From Lachnospiraceae bacterium UBA6987 (lineage in GTDB: Bacteria > Bacillota > Clostridia > Lachnospirales > Lachnospiraceae), in contig DJYD01000046.1 in the NCBI GenBank assembly GCA_002449955.1, positions 1,355-65,354 of the forward strand: 64,000 bases of DNA. The letters run 5' to 3'. A program made the translations under genes and the position numbers. Below are positions 38,296 through 47,704 of this stretch, piece by piece; position 1 is the first letter of the stretch; each line of letters begins with the position of its first letter. Under the pieces are notes generated by a model. It saw only the letters and a list, made by a program, of their open reading frames with translations. It made no database searches and had not been told where the DNA came from.

Positions 38296-39024
38296 ATGAA
38301 AGACAGTATCGTTAACTGGATCAGAGAGTATTTTGTTGCGCAGGGGAATCCGCCGGCCGTGGTCGGGATCTCCGGCGGGACGGATTCGTCGGTGACGGCG
38401 GCACTCCTTTGTGAGGCGCTAGGCCCGGACCGGGTCTACGGCGTGCTTATGCCCTGCGGTGAGCAGCACGACATCGACGTGTCGCTGGCGCTCGTTAAGC
38501 ATCTGCAGATGCCATACCGCGTGGTCAATATTGCGGAACCGGTAAAGGCTCTGGCGAGCCTTGTCGGGGCGGCTATGGACTGCGATCCGAACGAGACGGA
38601 TGCGTATAAAACAAATACCCCGGCCAGGGTGCGCATGACGGTGCTTTACGGGATCTGCGCACTGCTCGGAGGGCGCGTGGCCAATACCTGCAATCTGTCG
38701 GAAGACTATGTCGGCTATTCGACCAAGTTTGGCGATGCTGCGGGTGATTTCGCTGTGCTTTCTACCTTTACGAAGACAGAGGTCCGCGAAATCGGACGCG
38801 AGCTCGGCCTGCCGGCACTGTTCGTGGAAAAGGTACCTGAAGACGGGATGAGCGGCCGATCGGATGAGGAAAAGCTCGGCTTTACCTATGAAGTCCTGGA
38901 CCGTTACATCCGCACCGGCGAGATCGAAGATGAAGCCGTCAAGGCTAAGATCGACCGCATGCACAGAAATAATCTGCACAAATTACTGCCCATGCCGGGC
39001 TACGGCAAGGAGGAAACAAAATGA
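38296..39024 (+). CDS. nadE: NH3-dependent NAD+ synthetase
   Basis: PP-loop ISGGTDSS. The track ORF opens at 38275, but ATG 38296 is preceded by GGAGG at 5-nt spacing and gives the typical MKD..VNWIREY start. Confidence 0.9.
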   Translation: MKDSIVNWIREYFVAQGNPPAVVGISGGTDSSVTAALLCEALGPDRVYGVLMPCGEQHDIDVSLALVKHLQMPYRVVNIAEPVKALASLVGAAMDCDPNETDAYKTNTPARVRMTVLYGICALLGGRVANTCNLSEDYVGYSTKFGDAAGDFAVLSTFTKTEVREIGRELGLPALFVEKVPEDGMSGRSDEEKLGFTYEVLDRYIRTGEIEDEAVKAKIDRMHRNNLHKLLPMPGYGKEETK

Positions 39025-40229
39025 AACTTGACCCTATCGTTGTATCGCTGCTAGATACTGATCTCTACAAGTTCAATATGAATCAGGTGATTTTCCACAA
39101 GCACACCAACCTGGTTGGGGAGTATCATTTTAAATGCCGCAACGAAGGCGTGGTTTTCACTCCGGAGATGCTTGAGGAAATCAATGCTCAGATCGACCAT
39201 CTCTGCAGCCTGAAATTCAGAAAGCCGGAGCTCGACTATCTGCGCAGCATCCGCTTCATCAAAAATGACTATGTGGAATTCCTGAGGCTCTGGCATCCGA
39301 TCCGTGACTACGTAACAACCTCGCTGTCTGAGAAAGGGGAGCTGACCGTGCATGTGGACGGCCCGCTATTCTCCGCGATGCAGTTTGAAATCTATCTGCT
39401 CGAGATCATCAATGAAGTCTATTTCCGCTTCAGTTATGATTACGAGGAGCTGCTTGCCTCGGCAAAGAAGCGCCTGGAAGATAAAATCGAAGCCTTCCAG
39501 GACAAGAAATACACGTTCAAATTCGCAGAATTCGGCTGCAGAAGACGCCTCTCCCGTGAGTTTGAGGGCTATGCGATCGAGATGCTCGCGAAGGAAACAC
39601 AGAATTTGGTCGGCACCTCCAATGTCTACTTTGCCTGGAAGCTCGGCCTGACCCCGATCGGAACCTACGCACATGAATACGTGCAGATGTACCAGGGGAT
39701 CGATTCCATCCCGCTTGCCTATACCAACCACTATGCGATGGAGGACTGGTACGATGAGTACCGGGGCGATAACGGAACGGCACTTACGGATACGATCACG
39801 ACGGATCTGTTCCTGAAGGATTTCAACCGCAGCATGGTCAACAACTATTCCGGCGTGCGCCACGACTCCGGCGATCCCTTTGCCTGGGGCGAAAAAATGA
39901 TCGCCCACTACAAACGCTACGGCGTGGATCCGCGCACGAAGACGCTGCTGTTTTCAGACAGCCTGAATTTTGATAAGGCGCAGCGGATTTATGATTATTT
40001 CAAGGACCGCGTCCGCGTTGCCTTCGGCATCGGAACCTTTGTGGCCAACGATACCTTTGCCGAGCCGCTCAACATTGTCATCAAGCTGCAGTATGTCAAC
40101 GGCAGACCGGTTGCCAAGCTCTCGGATGCACCGGGCAAAACGATGTGCGACGATGAAGCTTATGAGCAGTATCTGGAAAATGCCGTGCGCTTCCGCATGG
40201 AACGGGAAAAGAAAGTAGGCAACACGTGA
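39021..40229 (+). CDS. pncB: Nicotinate phosphoribosyltransferase
   Basis: 402 aa. LLDTDLYKFNMNQ N-terminus and the GTYAHE/GVRHDSGDP blocks of PncB. ATGA overlap with the nadE stop. Confidence 0.9.
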   Translation: MKLDPIVVSLLDTDLYKFNMNQVIFHKHTNLVGEYHFKCRNEGVVFTPEMLEEINAQIDHLCSLKFRKPELDYLRSIRFIKNDYVEFLRLWHPIRDYVTTSLSEKGELTVHVDGPLFSAMQFEIYLLEIINEVYFRFSYDYEELLASAKKRLEDKIEAFQDKKYTFKFAEFGCRRRLSREFEGYAIEMLAKETQNLVGTSNVYFAWKLGLTPIGTYAHEYVQMYQGIDSIPLAYTNHYAMEDWYDEYRGDNGTALTDTITTDLFLKDFNRSMVNNYSGVRHDSGDPFAWGEKMIAHYKRYGVDPRTKTLLFSDSLNFDKAQRIYDYFKDRVRVAFGIGTFVANDTFAEPLNIVIKLQYVNGRPVAKLSDAPGKTMCDDEAYEQYLENAVRFRMEREKKVGNT

Positions 40230-40819
40230 AACCGTATCATCTGGGGCTGGTCCTGGGGCGTTTTCAGGGCCTGCATATCGGCCATGAGGCGGTCATCCGA
40301 AAGGCGCTGTCGCTTTGTGACAGGGTCATCGTGTTAATCGGTTCGGCGGATAAATCCGGGACGAGTCACGATCCCTTTCCGGAATCGCTAAGGAGGGAAA
40401 TGCTGGAGGCGGTATTTCCGAGACTGTCAAAAAACGGCAGACTGATCCTGCAGCCATTGAATGATCTTGGGGTGGGGAATGTGCCTGCCTGGGGCGATTA
40501 TGTGTTAAGCAGCGCCCGGGAAGCGGCAGGGGAAGTTGACTGTGTCGTCTACGGCGATGAGGATAAATGCAGAACCTGGTTCCCGAATCATCCGGACTTG
40601 AGATATGTTTCTCTGAATCGGTCGCTTATCGACGTGAATGCGACAAAACTGAGGAAAATTATCCTGGATGGCGATGAAGCAGCCTACCGGAAATACACGG
40701 CAAAGGGACTGCATGCGTATTTTCCGCAGTTAAGAGGAATACTGAGGGAAATCGCAGAAAAGGAAAAGATGAGTCCCGCTCCCGCGCAACAAAGCTATGC
40801 CTGTGACGACAAAGTGTAG
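40226..40819 (+). CDS. Nicotinamide/nicotinate-nucleotide adenylyltransferase (NadM/NadR-type cytidylyltransferase fold)
   Basis: 197 aa. GTGA overlap with the pncB stop. (H/T)xGH-type motif GRFQGLHIGH. Its context completes the salvage route from nicotinate to NAD. Confidence 0.75.
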   Translation: MKPYHLGLVLGRFQGLHIGHEAVIRKALSLCDRVIVLIGSADKSGTSHDPFPESLRREMLEAVFPRLSKNGRLILQPLNDLGVGNVPAWGDYVLSSAREAAGEVDCVVYGDEDKCRTWFPNHPDLRYVSLNRSLIDVNATKLRKIILDGDEAAYRKYTAKGLHAYFPQLRGILREIAEKEKMSPAPAQQSYACDDKV

Positions 40820-40888
40820 CGCGGTGTTGCATAAAAGCTGATTCCGCATCTGCGGAGGTATGATACAATTTTATCTGGGTACATGAGG

Positions 40889-40927
40889 AAGATGTCATCG
40901 GCGGAAACGCCGGCGGCATCTTTTTGT
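40889..40927 (+). terminator. Intrinsic terminator of the NAD salvage operon
   Basis: Nested hairpin AGATG..CGGCG-gaaa-CGCCG..CATCT followed by TTTTTG. Confidence 0.6.
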
Positions 40928-40989
40928 GTGCGCAGAAGCAGGGGTAAGACCCGGGGGCGCGGTATCAGGCAGAAAGGGAAAAGCTGCGG

Positions 40990-42177
40990 GTGAACCATAT
41001 GACGATCCGGAAGAAAAGGAAAAAGGTAAAAAAACGGCTGGGCTTTATGACGGCGCTCTGGATGGCGCTGCTGTCCCTTTGCCTGGCAGCCTGCGGCAGT
41101 AACTCTGCACGCGGAACGCAGCAGGAGAGCAACCCGCAGGCGGAATGTGAGGCGTCGCAGGCGGACCACATGGAAGCGGAAGAGAGCTGCCTGTCGGGGG
41201 AAATGACAGAGCCGCCCAAGGATACGGCGGACCTGTCAGTGGGTACTATGGATCCGTCAAAGGCATCAAGGCAAACGGAAAGAGACCTGTCACGGGCGGA
41301 AACCCTGCCGCCAGGAGAGGAGACCCGGCTGTCACAGGCTGACTCCGCGGCCGTAAATGCAGATCCGTCTGCGCATATGGCGGACACGGTAACGGAAGCG
41401 TCACTTCCTGCATCCGAGGCGCGGCCTGCCGCGTCAGCTCCGGCGGCACCTCCCTCCGGGGCAGCGCCGGCAGGCCCGTCATCACCCGCACCTCCTGCTG
41501 AGACGGCAGCGGCAAAGCCGCCTGCCCCTGTTCCCACATCCAAGGCGGCGCCGGAAAGCTCGTCCGTCTCTGCGCCGGTAAAGCCGCAAATTCCAGCGCC
41601 GACGACACCGCCGCCTGCACCGTCTCCGTCTGCATGCCGCCATCGATACCGAAGTACGGTGATCCGGGAGGCTGGCTGCGCTTATCCCGGCCTGCGTGTG
41701 TACAGCTGCGCAGAATGCGGAAAACAGTATGAGGAAAATATTCCGGCGACAGGCCTTCACAACTGGCGCGAGCTCACGAAAACCATCCACCATGAAGCGC
41801 GCACGCACATTGTCCATCATGAAGCGCAGAGCCATACGGAGTGGATCGTGGATGAGGAAGCCTGGGAAGAGCCGGTCACGGAGCTGCACAGCTTCTGCAA
41901 CGGCTGCGGCGAGGATCTGACGGTTCTGTTGAAGACCGGGCAGATCGAAGACTACAGCGATCATGCCATGCAGCATGTGGAAAGAGGGGAGATGGCTCCC
42001 GGCTATCACATGGAGGAAGTTGTTATCCGGGTGATTTATCACGAAGAGATCGGGCATGAGGAAACGGTGATTGATGTTCCGGCATGGGACGAAACGGTCA
42101 TTGATGAACCGGCCTGGGATGAGACGCAGGTCTGCGGCCATGAGTGCACCGTCTGCGGAAAGATCACAGAAGAATAA
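40990..42177 (+). CDS. Lipoprotein with long disordered linker and a Cys/His-motif C-terminal domain
   Basis: 395 aa (GTG 40990 or ATG 40999). Lipobox LCLAACGS. A region of about 190 aa rich in Pro/Ala/Ser/Glu. C-terminus has CxxC pairs (CAECG, CNGCG, CGHECTVCG) and repeats HHEARTH/HHEAQSH and PAWDET x2. Confidence 0.7.
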   Translation: MNHMTIRKKRKKVKKRLGFMTALWMALLSLCLAACGSNSARGTQQESNPQAECEASQADHMEAEESCLSGEMTEPPKDTADLSVGTMDPSKASRQTERDLSRAETLPPGEETRLSQADSAAVNADPSAHMADTVTEASLPASEARPAASAPAAPPSGAAPAGPSSPAPPAETAAAKPPAPVPTSKAAPESSSVSAPVKPQIPAPTTPPPAPSPSACRHRYRSTVIREAGCAYPGLRVYSCAECGKQYEENIPATGLHNWRELTKTIHHEARTHIVHHEAQSHTEWIVDEEAWEEPVTELHSFCNGCGEDLTVLLKTGQIEDYSDHAMQHVERGEMAPGYHMEEVVIRVIYHEEIGHEETVIDVPAWDETVIDEPAWDETQVCGHECTVCGKITEE

Positions 42178-42203
42178 TTTTACATAGAGAAAAAGGAGAA
42201 GCA

Positions 42204-45200
42204 ATGAAAACCAGACCAAAGGGCAAAAGAAATCTGCGGGCGGCAGCGCTCATAATGCTCATCATTCTGACGCTGTGCGCTCCGGCAGCTCTCGTAAAAG
42301 CGGCTGACGGCGACATCAAAGCCAATCATGGTGCAGTCAAAATCTACAATTATGACTACGATAAGCTGGTCACCCGCCTTGCGAAGAAATACCCCGCCGT
42401 GTTCAAGTCGGCTACGGTATATAACGCGGCAACACACGCGGAGGTGGGAACCGTGACAGCCATGCGTGTTCTGATCACGAATTCGAAGAACCATACACAG
42501 GGCGGAAACTCAGGGGTTACCGTGCAATACATTAACGGTACCTCGCGCAGTACGAGCAACTGGGCGCAGGGACTCGGCAACTTTGAAGCGAAGGAATATT
42601 TCATGGTCAACGGCCATCCGGGCTATTGTTTTGACTGGGCAACGCCTTCCGCTGCCGGCTCACATGTCCTGAGCGCCACCCTTGCGGATGCCGGGATCAC
42701 AGTCGGCACCGGAACAGATGTGATGAAGCTTGCGCAGGCAGCCAAGATGCTGACAAAGAACAACTATGCCCTGATTACGGACAACGCCTCAGCCATCGCA
42801 AAGGGCATCAGTATTGCGGCCTACAATGACCCGAGCAATCCGGGCCTTTCCCATGGAGCCGTCAGCATCGCCAAAAATGACGTGGCTTCGCTCCTGAAGG
42901 ACACGACGGCAGACGGGCTTGCCTTTAAGCGCGCCCTGGTACAGATGTTAGTCTGGGGAAAGATGAATGCCATGTCCTTCGGCGATTATTTTTATTCTTT
43001 CTACGGGGCGGAATCCTATGTCAATAAGGAAGGGCAGGTCATAGAGGGGGAAACCACGGTCATGCTTCCGGCTATCGGCTATGCCAGCATTATTGATCTG
43101 GACAGGATGTATACGATCGGGCTGAATGCATGGGAGCAGCAATCCACGGGATCTTCCGCGGATTATCAGTATGAGTATGCGCTGACAGTCGGCAAGCCCT
43201 TTACGGTCCCTGCAGCTGATACCGGACGCATCGTCAAAATCATCGAGGCAAACGGCGGAAAGATCGAGGCCGGCGGCTCGGTGAAGGTCAGTGTGAGCGC
43301 CGATAAAAAGACCGTGACGCTGACGGCTACAAAGGAACTATCTGACTGGACGGGCTGGCTCAGCGCCTCTGATTCATCCAGCATGATCTATTCGTCCAAA
43401 CCTTATAATCCCTCTGCCCCCGGCAAGACGGGATCCGGGCAGTTCATCGTTGACGTATCGGAAATGGTCTATATGCGCGCCCGCGTGAAGGCGGCGCTGC
43501 CTGTTGGCACGGTAAAGGTCGTGAAATCATCTGCAGATGCGGCGATGACAGACAATAATCCCTGCTATTCTCTGGCCGGGGCAAAATACAGCATTTACAC
43601 CGACAGCGCGTGCAGCAGTCCTGCCAGGGATGCCGGCGGAAAAAACGCCGTCTTAACGACCGGGGCAGATGGCAGATCGGACAGCGTCACGCTCACAGCC
43701 GGAACCTATTGGATCAAGGAGACATCGCCAGGCAAAGGCTACGGGCTTTCCGCGGGGTCGTACAAGTTTACGGTAGCAGACGGCGAAGAGAAGACGCTCA
43801 CGGCGTCCCAGAGCGCGGTCTTCAAAGATCCGCCCTTAAATGACCCTATGGGGATCATTCTGGAAAAGACGGCCGCAAAGACTTACGAAGGCGCCGATTT
43901 CGACCTGTCCGGAGCTGAGTATACCGTCAGATTTTACGCGGGACAATACACGAAAGAAACCCTTCCGGCTGCAGCGGATGCAAGCTGGGTCATTGCGACA
44001 AAAAAGGTCGGAAATGCATACAGAGCCATGCTGCGGGACGGATATGTGCTGTCCGGAAGTGCGGTGTACGGAACGGATGCCGCAGGGTATTTCATCATCC
44101 CGCTAGGAACGCTAACCATTGAGGAGACGAAGGCACCTGCCGGCTTTAAGCTTGAAGGCTCTTCGCTGCAGCTGATGAACGGAGACGGCTCGGATGCATC
44201 GGATGGTCTGGTACTGTTTAATCTTATCTCACAAAATGATTCCGTTTATGTAAAAAGCGGCAATGTGACCGACGATACGGAAGAGGGCATCCGGATTCTC
44301 CAGAAGGAAACGGTGGCCTCTGCCGTTGTGAAGCTCATGAAAACTTCGGACGACGGAGCTGTGTCCGGGATCTCCTTTACGCTTTCCGGAACGCTCACGG
44401 CCGGCGGGACGTACAGCGAGACAAAGACAACGGACGATAGCGGCACCATTGATTTCGGCGAGCTTCCCTACGGCACCTATACGCTGACAGAAAACCTGAG
44501 CAAGGCGCAGGCAAAGTATTATGTGGCTGACGCGCCGAAGACGTTTACCCTTGACGCAGATACGGCCACCCCTTACACCGTAAGCTTTCACAACAGCCTG
44601 AAGCGCGGTTCCCTAAACTTTACCAAGACGCTGGAGAGCACAGGAGCGCCCCTTGCCAATATCCCGTGGAAGCTGACCAACACCGAAACGAATGAGACGC
44701 ATTATTTCCTTACGGATGAAGACGGTGTATTTGACTCGGAACGCGGTACGCACAGCAAGGATACGAACAGTGCGGATGGGGTTCTCTCCCGCTACACCCC
44801 GGATACGGATATCGTTCCGGATGCGGTGATTCAGGAGCTTGCAGCGGGCGGAGCGGCTTCCTATGGCGTATGGTTTGGCAAAGGAAACCCGGACGATACG
44901 AAGAAGGCCCTGCCTGTCGGCAGCTACAAGCTTGAGGAGATGAAAACCGAACGCACGAAAACGCTTGTGATGGCGTCTGTGACCTTCGACGTGACCGAAG
45001 ACGGCCAGGCCGCAGCCCTTGGCAGCATCGTGAATAACGAGCTCAGCATAGGAACGGAAGCCACCGACTCTGTGAGCGGAACGCACAATGCTTACGCCGC
45101 AGCGCATACGGTCATTGCTGACACTGTGACCTACAGCGGCTGCAAAATCGGTGAAACCTATACGGTAAACGGCGAACTCATGCTGATCGGTGAGGATGGA

Positions 45201-47624
45201 ACGGTGACCGCACTGGATGTGAAAGCGTCCGAAAAGTTCACGGCGGAGGCTGCTTCCGGAAAGATCGCGGTCCGCTTTGCCTTCGATGCATCCGGGCTTG
45301 CCGGCAGAAAGATCGTTGTGTACGAGACACTGCTGACGGAGACCGGGCAGTTTGCGGCGGAACATAAGGATATGAACGATGAGAAGCAGATCATTTCCTT
45401 CCCGAAGATCGGAACCGCGGCAAAGGATGCCGAAACCGGCACTGGCATATCCGAAGCGGATAACAGCGTCACGATCATCGATACAGTAAACTATGAGAAC
45501 CTGATTCCGGGAACCGAGTACAGTCTGAAGGGCGAGCTTTTTGATAAGGAGAGCGGCAAATCTGCCGGGATCACCGCAGAGAAGAAGTTCACGCCCTCAG
45601 GCGCCTGCGGCAGTGAAGAGCTTCGCTTCAGCTTTAACGGTACGGCCCTGGCCGGCAAAGCGGTCGTGGCTTATGAGACCCTTTACATCGGATCTCACGC
45701 GGTCTCGGAGCACAGAGATCTGCAGGACGATGCCCAGACGGTATATCTGCCGCAGATCGGGACTGTGCTAAGTGATAATGCCACAGGCCTGCATCAGGCC
45801 AAAGGAGAAGGCACGTTCACCCTTACCGACACCGTGACCTACAGGAACCTTCGTCCCGGCAGGACTTATACCCTGAAGGGCGAGCTTTATAACAGGGAGA
45901 CCGGAGCTTCGACGGGCATCACAGCGGAGAAGACGTTCACCCCGCAGTCCGCATCCGGTACGGAAACCCTGCCCTTTGTCTTTGATGGGGACGCACTTAA
46001 AGGGACGGTCGTTGTTGCGTATGAGCGCATTTATCTTGGCGGCGCGGAAGTCGCGGTACATGCGGATATGCATGACGCGGCCCAGACCGTATACATCCCG
46101 AGGATCGATACGGCGGCCACGGCCGAAGATACGAAAGCCCATGTAACGGGACCGAATGAAGAGGTCAGCCTTGTCGACCGTGTGGATTATCAAGGCCTTG
46201 AAGCAGGCAGAAAGTACACGGTTAAAGGAGAGCTCTACGATAAGGAATCCGGTGAATCCATGGACATCACGGCGGAAGAAAGCTTCATCGCAGAGGCTTC
46301 CGAAGGCTATGTGGAGCTGACTTTCCGCTTCGATGCGTCCCTCCTTTCCGGAAAGACTGTTGTTGCCTTTGAAACCCTGTTTACCGAAGAGAAGGAAGTC
46401 GCGATCCATCATGACATCACGGACGAGGACCAGAGTGTGCATATCCCGCAGATCGAGACGGATGCAGCAGACAGCGAAAGCGGACTGAATCATGTAGAAG
46501 CGAAGGCGGAGGCCTCCGTCACAGATACCGTCCGCTATAAAAACCTTGTCCCCGGCATGACCTATGAAGTTAACGGCGAGCTGTACGACAAGGAAAGCGG
46601 CGAGGCCACCGGCGTGACTGCGGCTGCCACATTCACTCCGGAGCAGGCGAATGGGACGGTGGAGCTTCTCTTCACTTTTGATGCCTCTGCCTTTTCCGGA
46701 AAGGCCCTGGTCGTGTTTGAAACCCTGTCTTATAACGGCGTCAAAATCGCCGTTCATGCGGATATTGCAGATGAGCGCCAGACCATATACATACCGATGA
46801 TCACCACGGAAGCTAAGAATGACGAGACCGGAACCCATGAAGGAAGCGTTTCTGAGAGGCTCACCATCACCGACACCGTGACCTATACCGGCCTTGTTCC
46901 CGGCGAGGAATATACCGTCAAAGGCATTCTTATGGATAAAGAAACCGGGGAGCCCCTGCTTGCCGAGGGACAGGAGGTGACGGCGGAGAAGATCTTTTCG
47001 CCTGAAGAAGCTGACGGAAGCACTGCGCTTTCCTTTACCTTCAGTTCCCTGGCTCTTAACGGCAGGACGGCCGTCGTATTTGAAACGCTTTATTGTAAAG
47101 AGGCGGAGGTCGCGGTCCATGCCGACATCGCCGATGATAAGCAGGCTGTCATTTTCCCCGGCATAACCACGGCGGCAGCGGATGCGGAAAGTGCATCTTC
47201 CACGCTGAGCAGCGGTGTGATTGCTGATGAGATCGGTTTTACCGGTCTGACTGCCGGAAGTAAATACAAGATCATCACGACGGTCTATGACAAGACGGAC
47301 GCAGCCATGCTTGACGTGAAGGATGTCTTTCATTTCACGCCGGAAGCAGAAAGCGGCAGCATAACGGTGAAGCTGAGCGTGGATACCGCCGCGCTTAAGG
47401 GGCATGCGCTGGTCGTCTATGAAGAGCTTTACCGGGTCAGTGAAGAGAGCGATATCCTCTGCGCGCAGCACAAAGACCCGGAAGCAAAGGAGCAGACGGT
47501 CCATGTGCCCGCATTCACGCCGTCTACCGGGGATGACAGTAAGCTCCTGCCGGCCTTTGCGGTTATGGCGGCAGCGGGACTTGGGATCATCGCGCTGGTC
47601 CTGATACGAAAGAAAAAGGCATAA
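42204..47624 (+). CDS. Sortase-anchored giant adhesin: thioester-like head, Cna-B/SpaA-like domains, 7 VaFE/ester-bond-type repeats
   Basis: The in-frame ATG at 42204 follows AAAGGAGAAG (the track ORF opens at 42144). Signal peptide MKTRPKGKRNLRAAALIMLIILTLCAPAALVKA. Cys142 in GYCFDW and Gln247 in VQMLVW. Cna-B-like GTYWIKETSPGKGY and YGTYTLTE. C-terminal TPSTG plus a hydrophobic helix plus RKKKA. Confidence 0.88.
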   Translation: MKTRPKGKRNLRAAALIMLIILTLCAPAALVKAADGDIKANHGAVKIYNYDYDKLVTRLAKKYPAVFKSATVYNAATHAEVGTVTAMRVLITNSKNHTQGGNSGVTVQYINGTSRSTSNWAQGLGNFEAKEYFMVNGHPGYCFDWATPSAAGSHVLSATLADAGITVGTGTDVMKLAQAAKMLTKNNYALITDNASAIAKGISIAAYNDPSNPGLSHGAVSIAKNDVASLLKDTTADGLAFKRALVQMLVWGKMNAMSFGDYFYSFYGAESYVNKEGQVIEGETTVMLPAIGYASIIDLDRMYTIGLNAWEQQSTGSSADYQYEYALTVGKPFTVPAADTGRIVKIIEANGGKIEAGGSVKVSVSADKKTVTLTATKELSDWTGWLSASDSSSMIYSSKPYNPSAPGKTGSGQFIVDVSEMVYMRARVKAALPVGTVKVVKSSADAAMTDNNPCYSLAGAKYSIYTDSACSSPARDAGGKNAVLTTGADGRSDSVTLTAGTYWIKETSPGKGYGLSAGSYKFTVADGEEKTLTASQSAVFKDPPLNDPMGIILEKTAAKTYEGADFDLSGAEYTVRFYAGQYTKETLPAAADASWVIATKKVGNAYRAMLRDGYVLSGSAVYGTDAAGYFIIPLGTLTIEETKAPAGFKLEGSSLQLMNGDGSDASDGLVLFNLISQNDSVYVKSGNVTDDTEEGIRILQKETVASAVVKLMKTSDDGAVSGISFTLSGTLTAGGTYSETKTTDDSGTIDFGELPYGTYTLTENLSKAQAKYYVADAPKTFTLDADTATPYTVSFHNSLKRGSLNFTKTLESTGAPLANIPWKLTNTETNETHYFLTDEDGVFDSERGTHSKDTNSADGVLSRYTPDTDIVPDAVIQELAAGGAASYGVWFGKGNPDDTKKALPVGSYKLEEMKTERTKTLVMASVTFDVTEDGQAAALGSIVNNELSIGTEATDSVSGTHNAYAAAHTVIADTVTYSGCKIGETYTVNGELMLIGEDGTVTALDVKASEKFTAEAASGKIAVRFAFDASGLAGRKIVVYETLLTETGQFAAEHKDMNDEKQIISFPKIGTAAKDAETGTGISEADNSVTIIDTVNYENLIPGTEYSLKGELFDKESGKSAGITAEKKFTPSGACGSEELRFSFNGTALAGKAVVAYETLYIGSHAVSEHRDLQDDAQTVYLPQIGTVLSDNATGLHQAKGEGTFTLTDTVTYRNLRPGRTYTLKGELYNRETGASTGITAEKTFTPQSASGTETLPFVFDGDALKGTVVVAYERIYLGGAEVAVHADMHDAAQTVYIPRIDTAATAEDTKAHVTGPNEEVSLVDRVDYQGLEAGRKYTVKGELYDKESGESMDITAEESFIAEASEGYVELTFRFDASLLSGKTVVAFETLFTEEKEVAIHHDITDEDQSVHIPQIETDAADSESGLNHVEAKAEASVTDTVRYKNLVPGMTYEVNGELYDKESGEATGVTAAATFTPEQANGTVELLFTFDASAFSGKALVVFETLSYNGVKIAVHADIADERQTIYIPMITTEAKNDETGTHEGSVSERLTITDTVTYTGLVPGEEYTVKGILMDKETGEPLLAEGQEVTAEKIFSPEEADGSTALSFTFSSLALNGRTAVVFETLYCKEAEVAVHADIADDKQAVIFPGITTAAADAESASSTLSSGVIADEIGFTGLTAGSKYKIITTVYDKTDAAMLDVKDVFHFTPEAESGSITVKLSVDTAALKGHALVVYEELYRVSEESDILCAQHKDPEAKEQTVHVPAFTPSTGDDSKLLPAFAVMAAAGLGIIALVLIRKKKA
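45047..47510 (+). repeat. Seven tandem repeats of about 350 bp (about 117 aa) inside the adhesin gene
   Basis: Each unit has the pattern (I/M)(G/D/E/T)T..(D/E)...TDTV.Y..L.PG..Y...GEL.DKE.G....(V/I)TAE..F.P....G...L.F.F......GK..V(A/V)(Y/F)E.L......V..H.D..D..Q(T/S/I)(V/I). Core motifs in order are VVYETL, VAYETL, VAYERI, VAFETL, VVFETL, VVFETL, VVYEEL. Confidence 0.85.
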
Positions 47625-47645
47625 AAGGAAAAGCCTCGCATCCCT

Positions 47646-47674
47646 TTGCTTTTCTCCTGCGGCTATGGTATAGT
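47646..47674 (+). promoter_or_regulatory. Candidate sigma-A promoter of the suf operon
   Basis: TTGCTT (47646-51) - 17 nt - TATAGT (47669-74), 31 nt upstream of the sufC ATG. Bracketed by an 11-bp inverted repeat. Confidence 0.5.
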
Positions 47675-47704
47675 ATAGCTGGCTATAAGCCGCAGGAGGA
47701 TCAT

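Noticed and set aside
40826-40870. Promoter-like TTGCAT ... TATGATACAAT after the NAD operon.
   Set aside because: The spacer between the hexamers is about 26 nt, too long for a sigma-A promoter, and a terminator follows immediately.
45047-47510. A regular array of ~350-bp repeats, considered as a possible CRISPR or satellite.
   Set aside because: The units are in frame inside one long ORF, are diverged at the DNA level and encode a conserved protein domain. There are no short identical repeats with unique spacers anywhere in the window.
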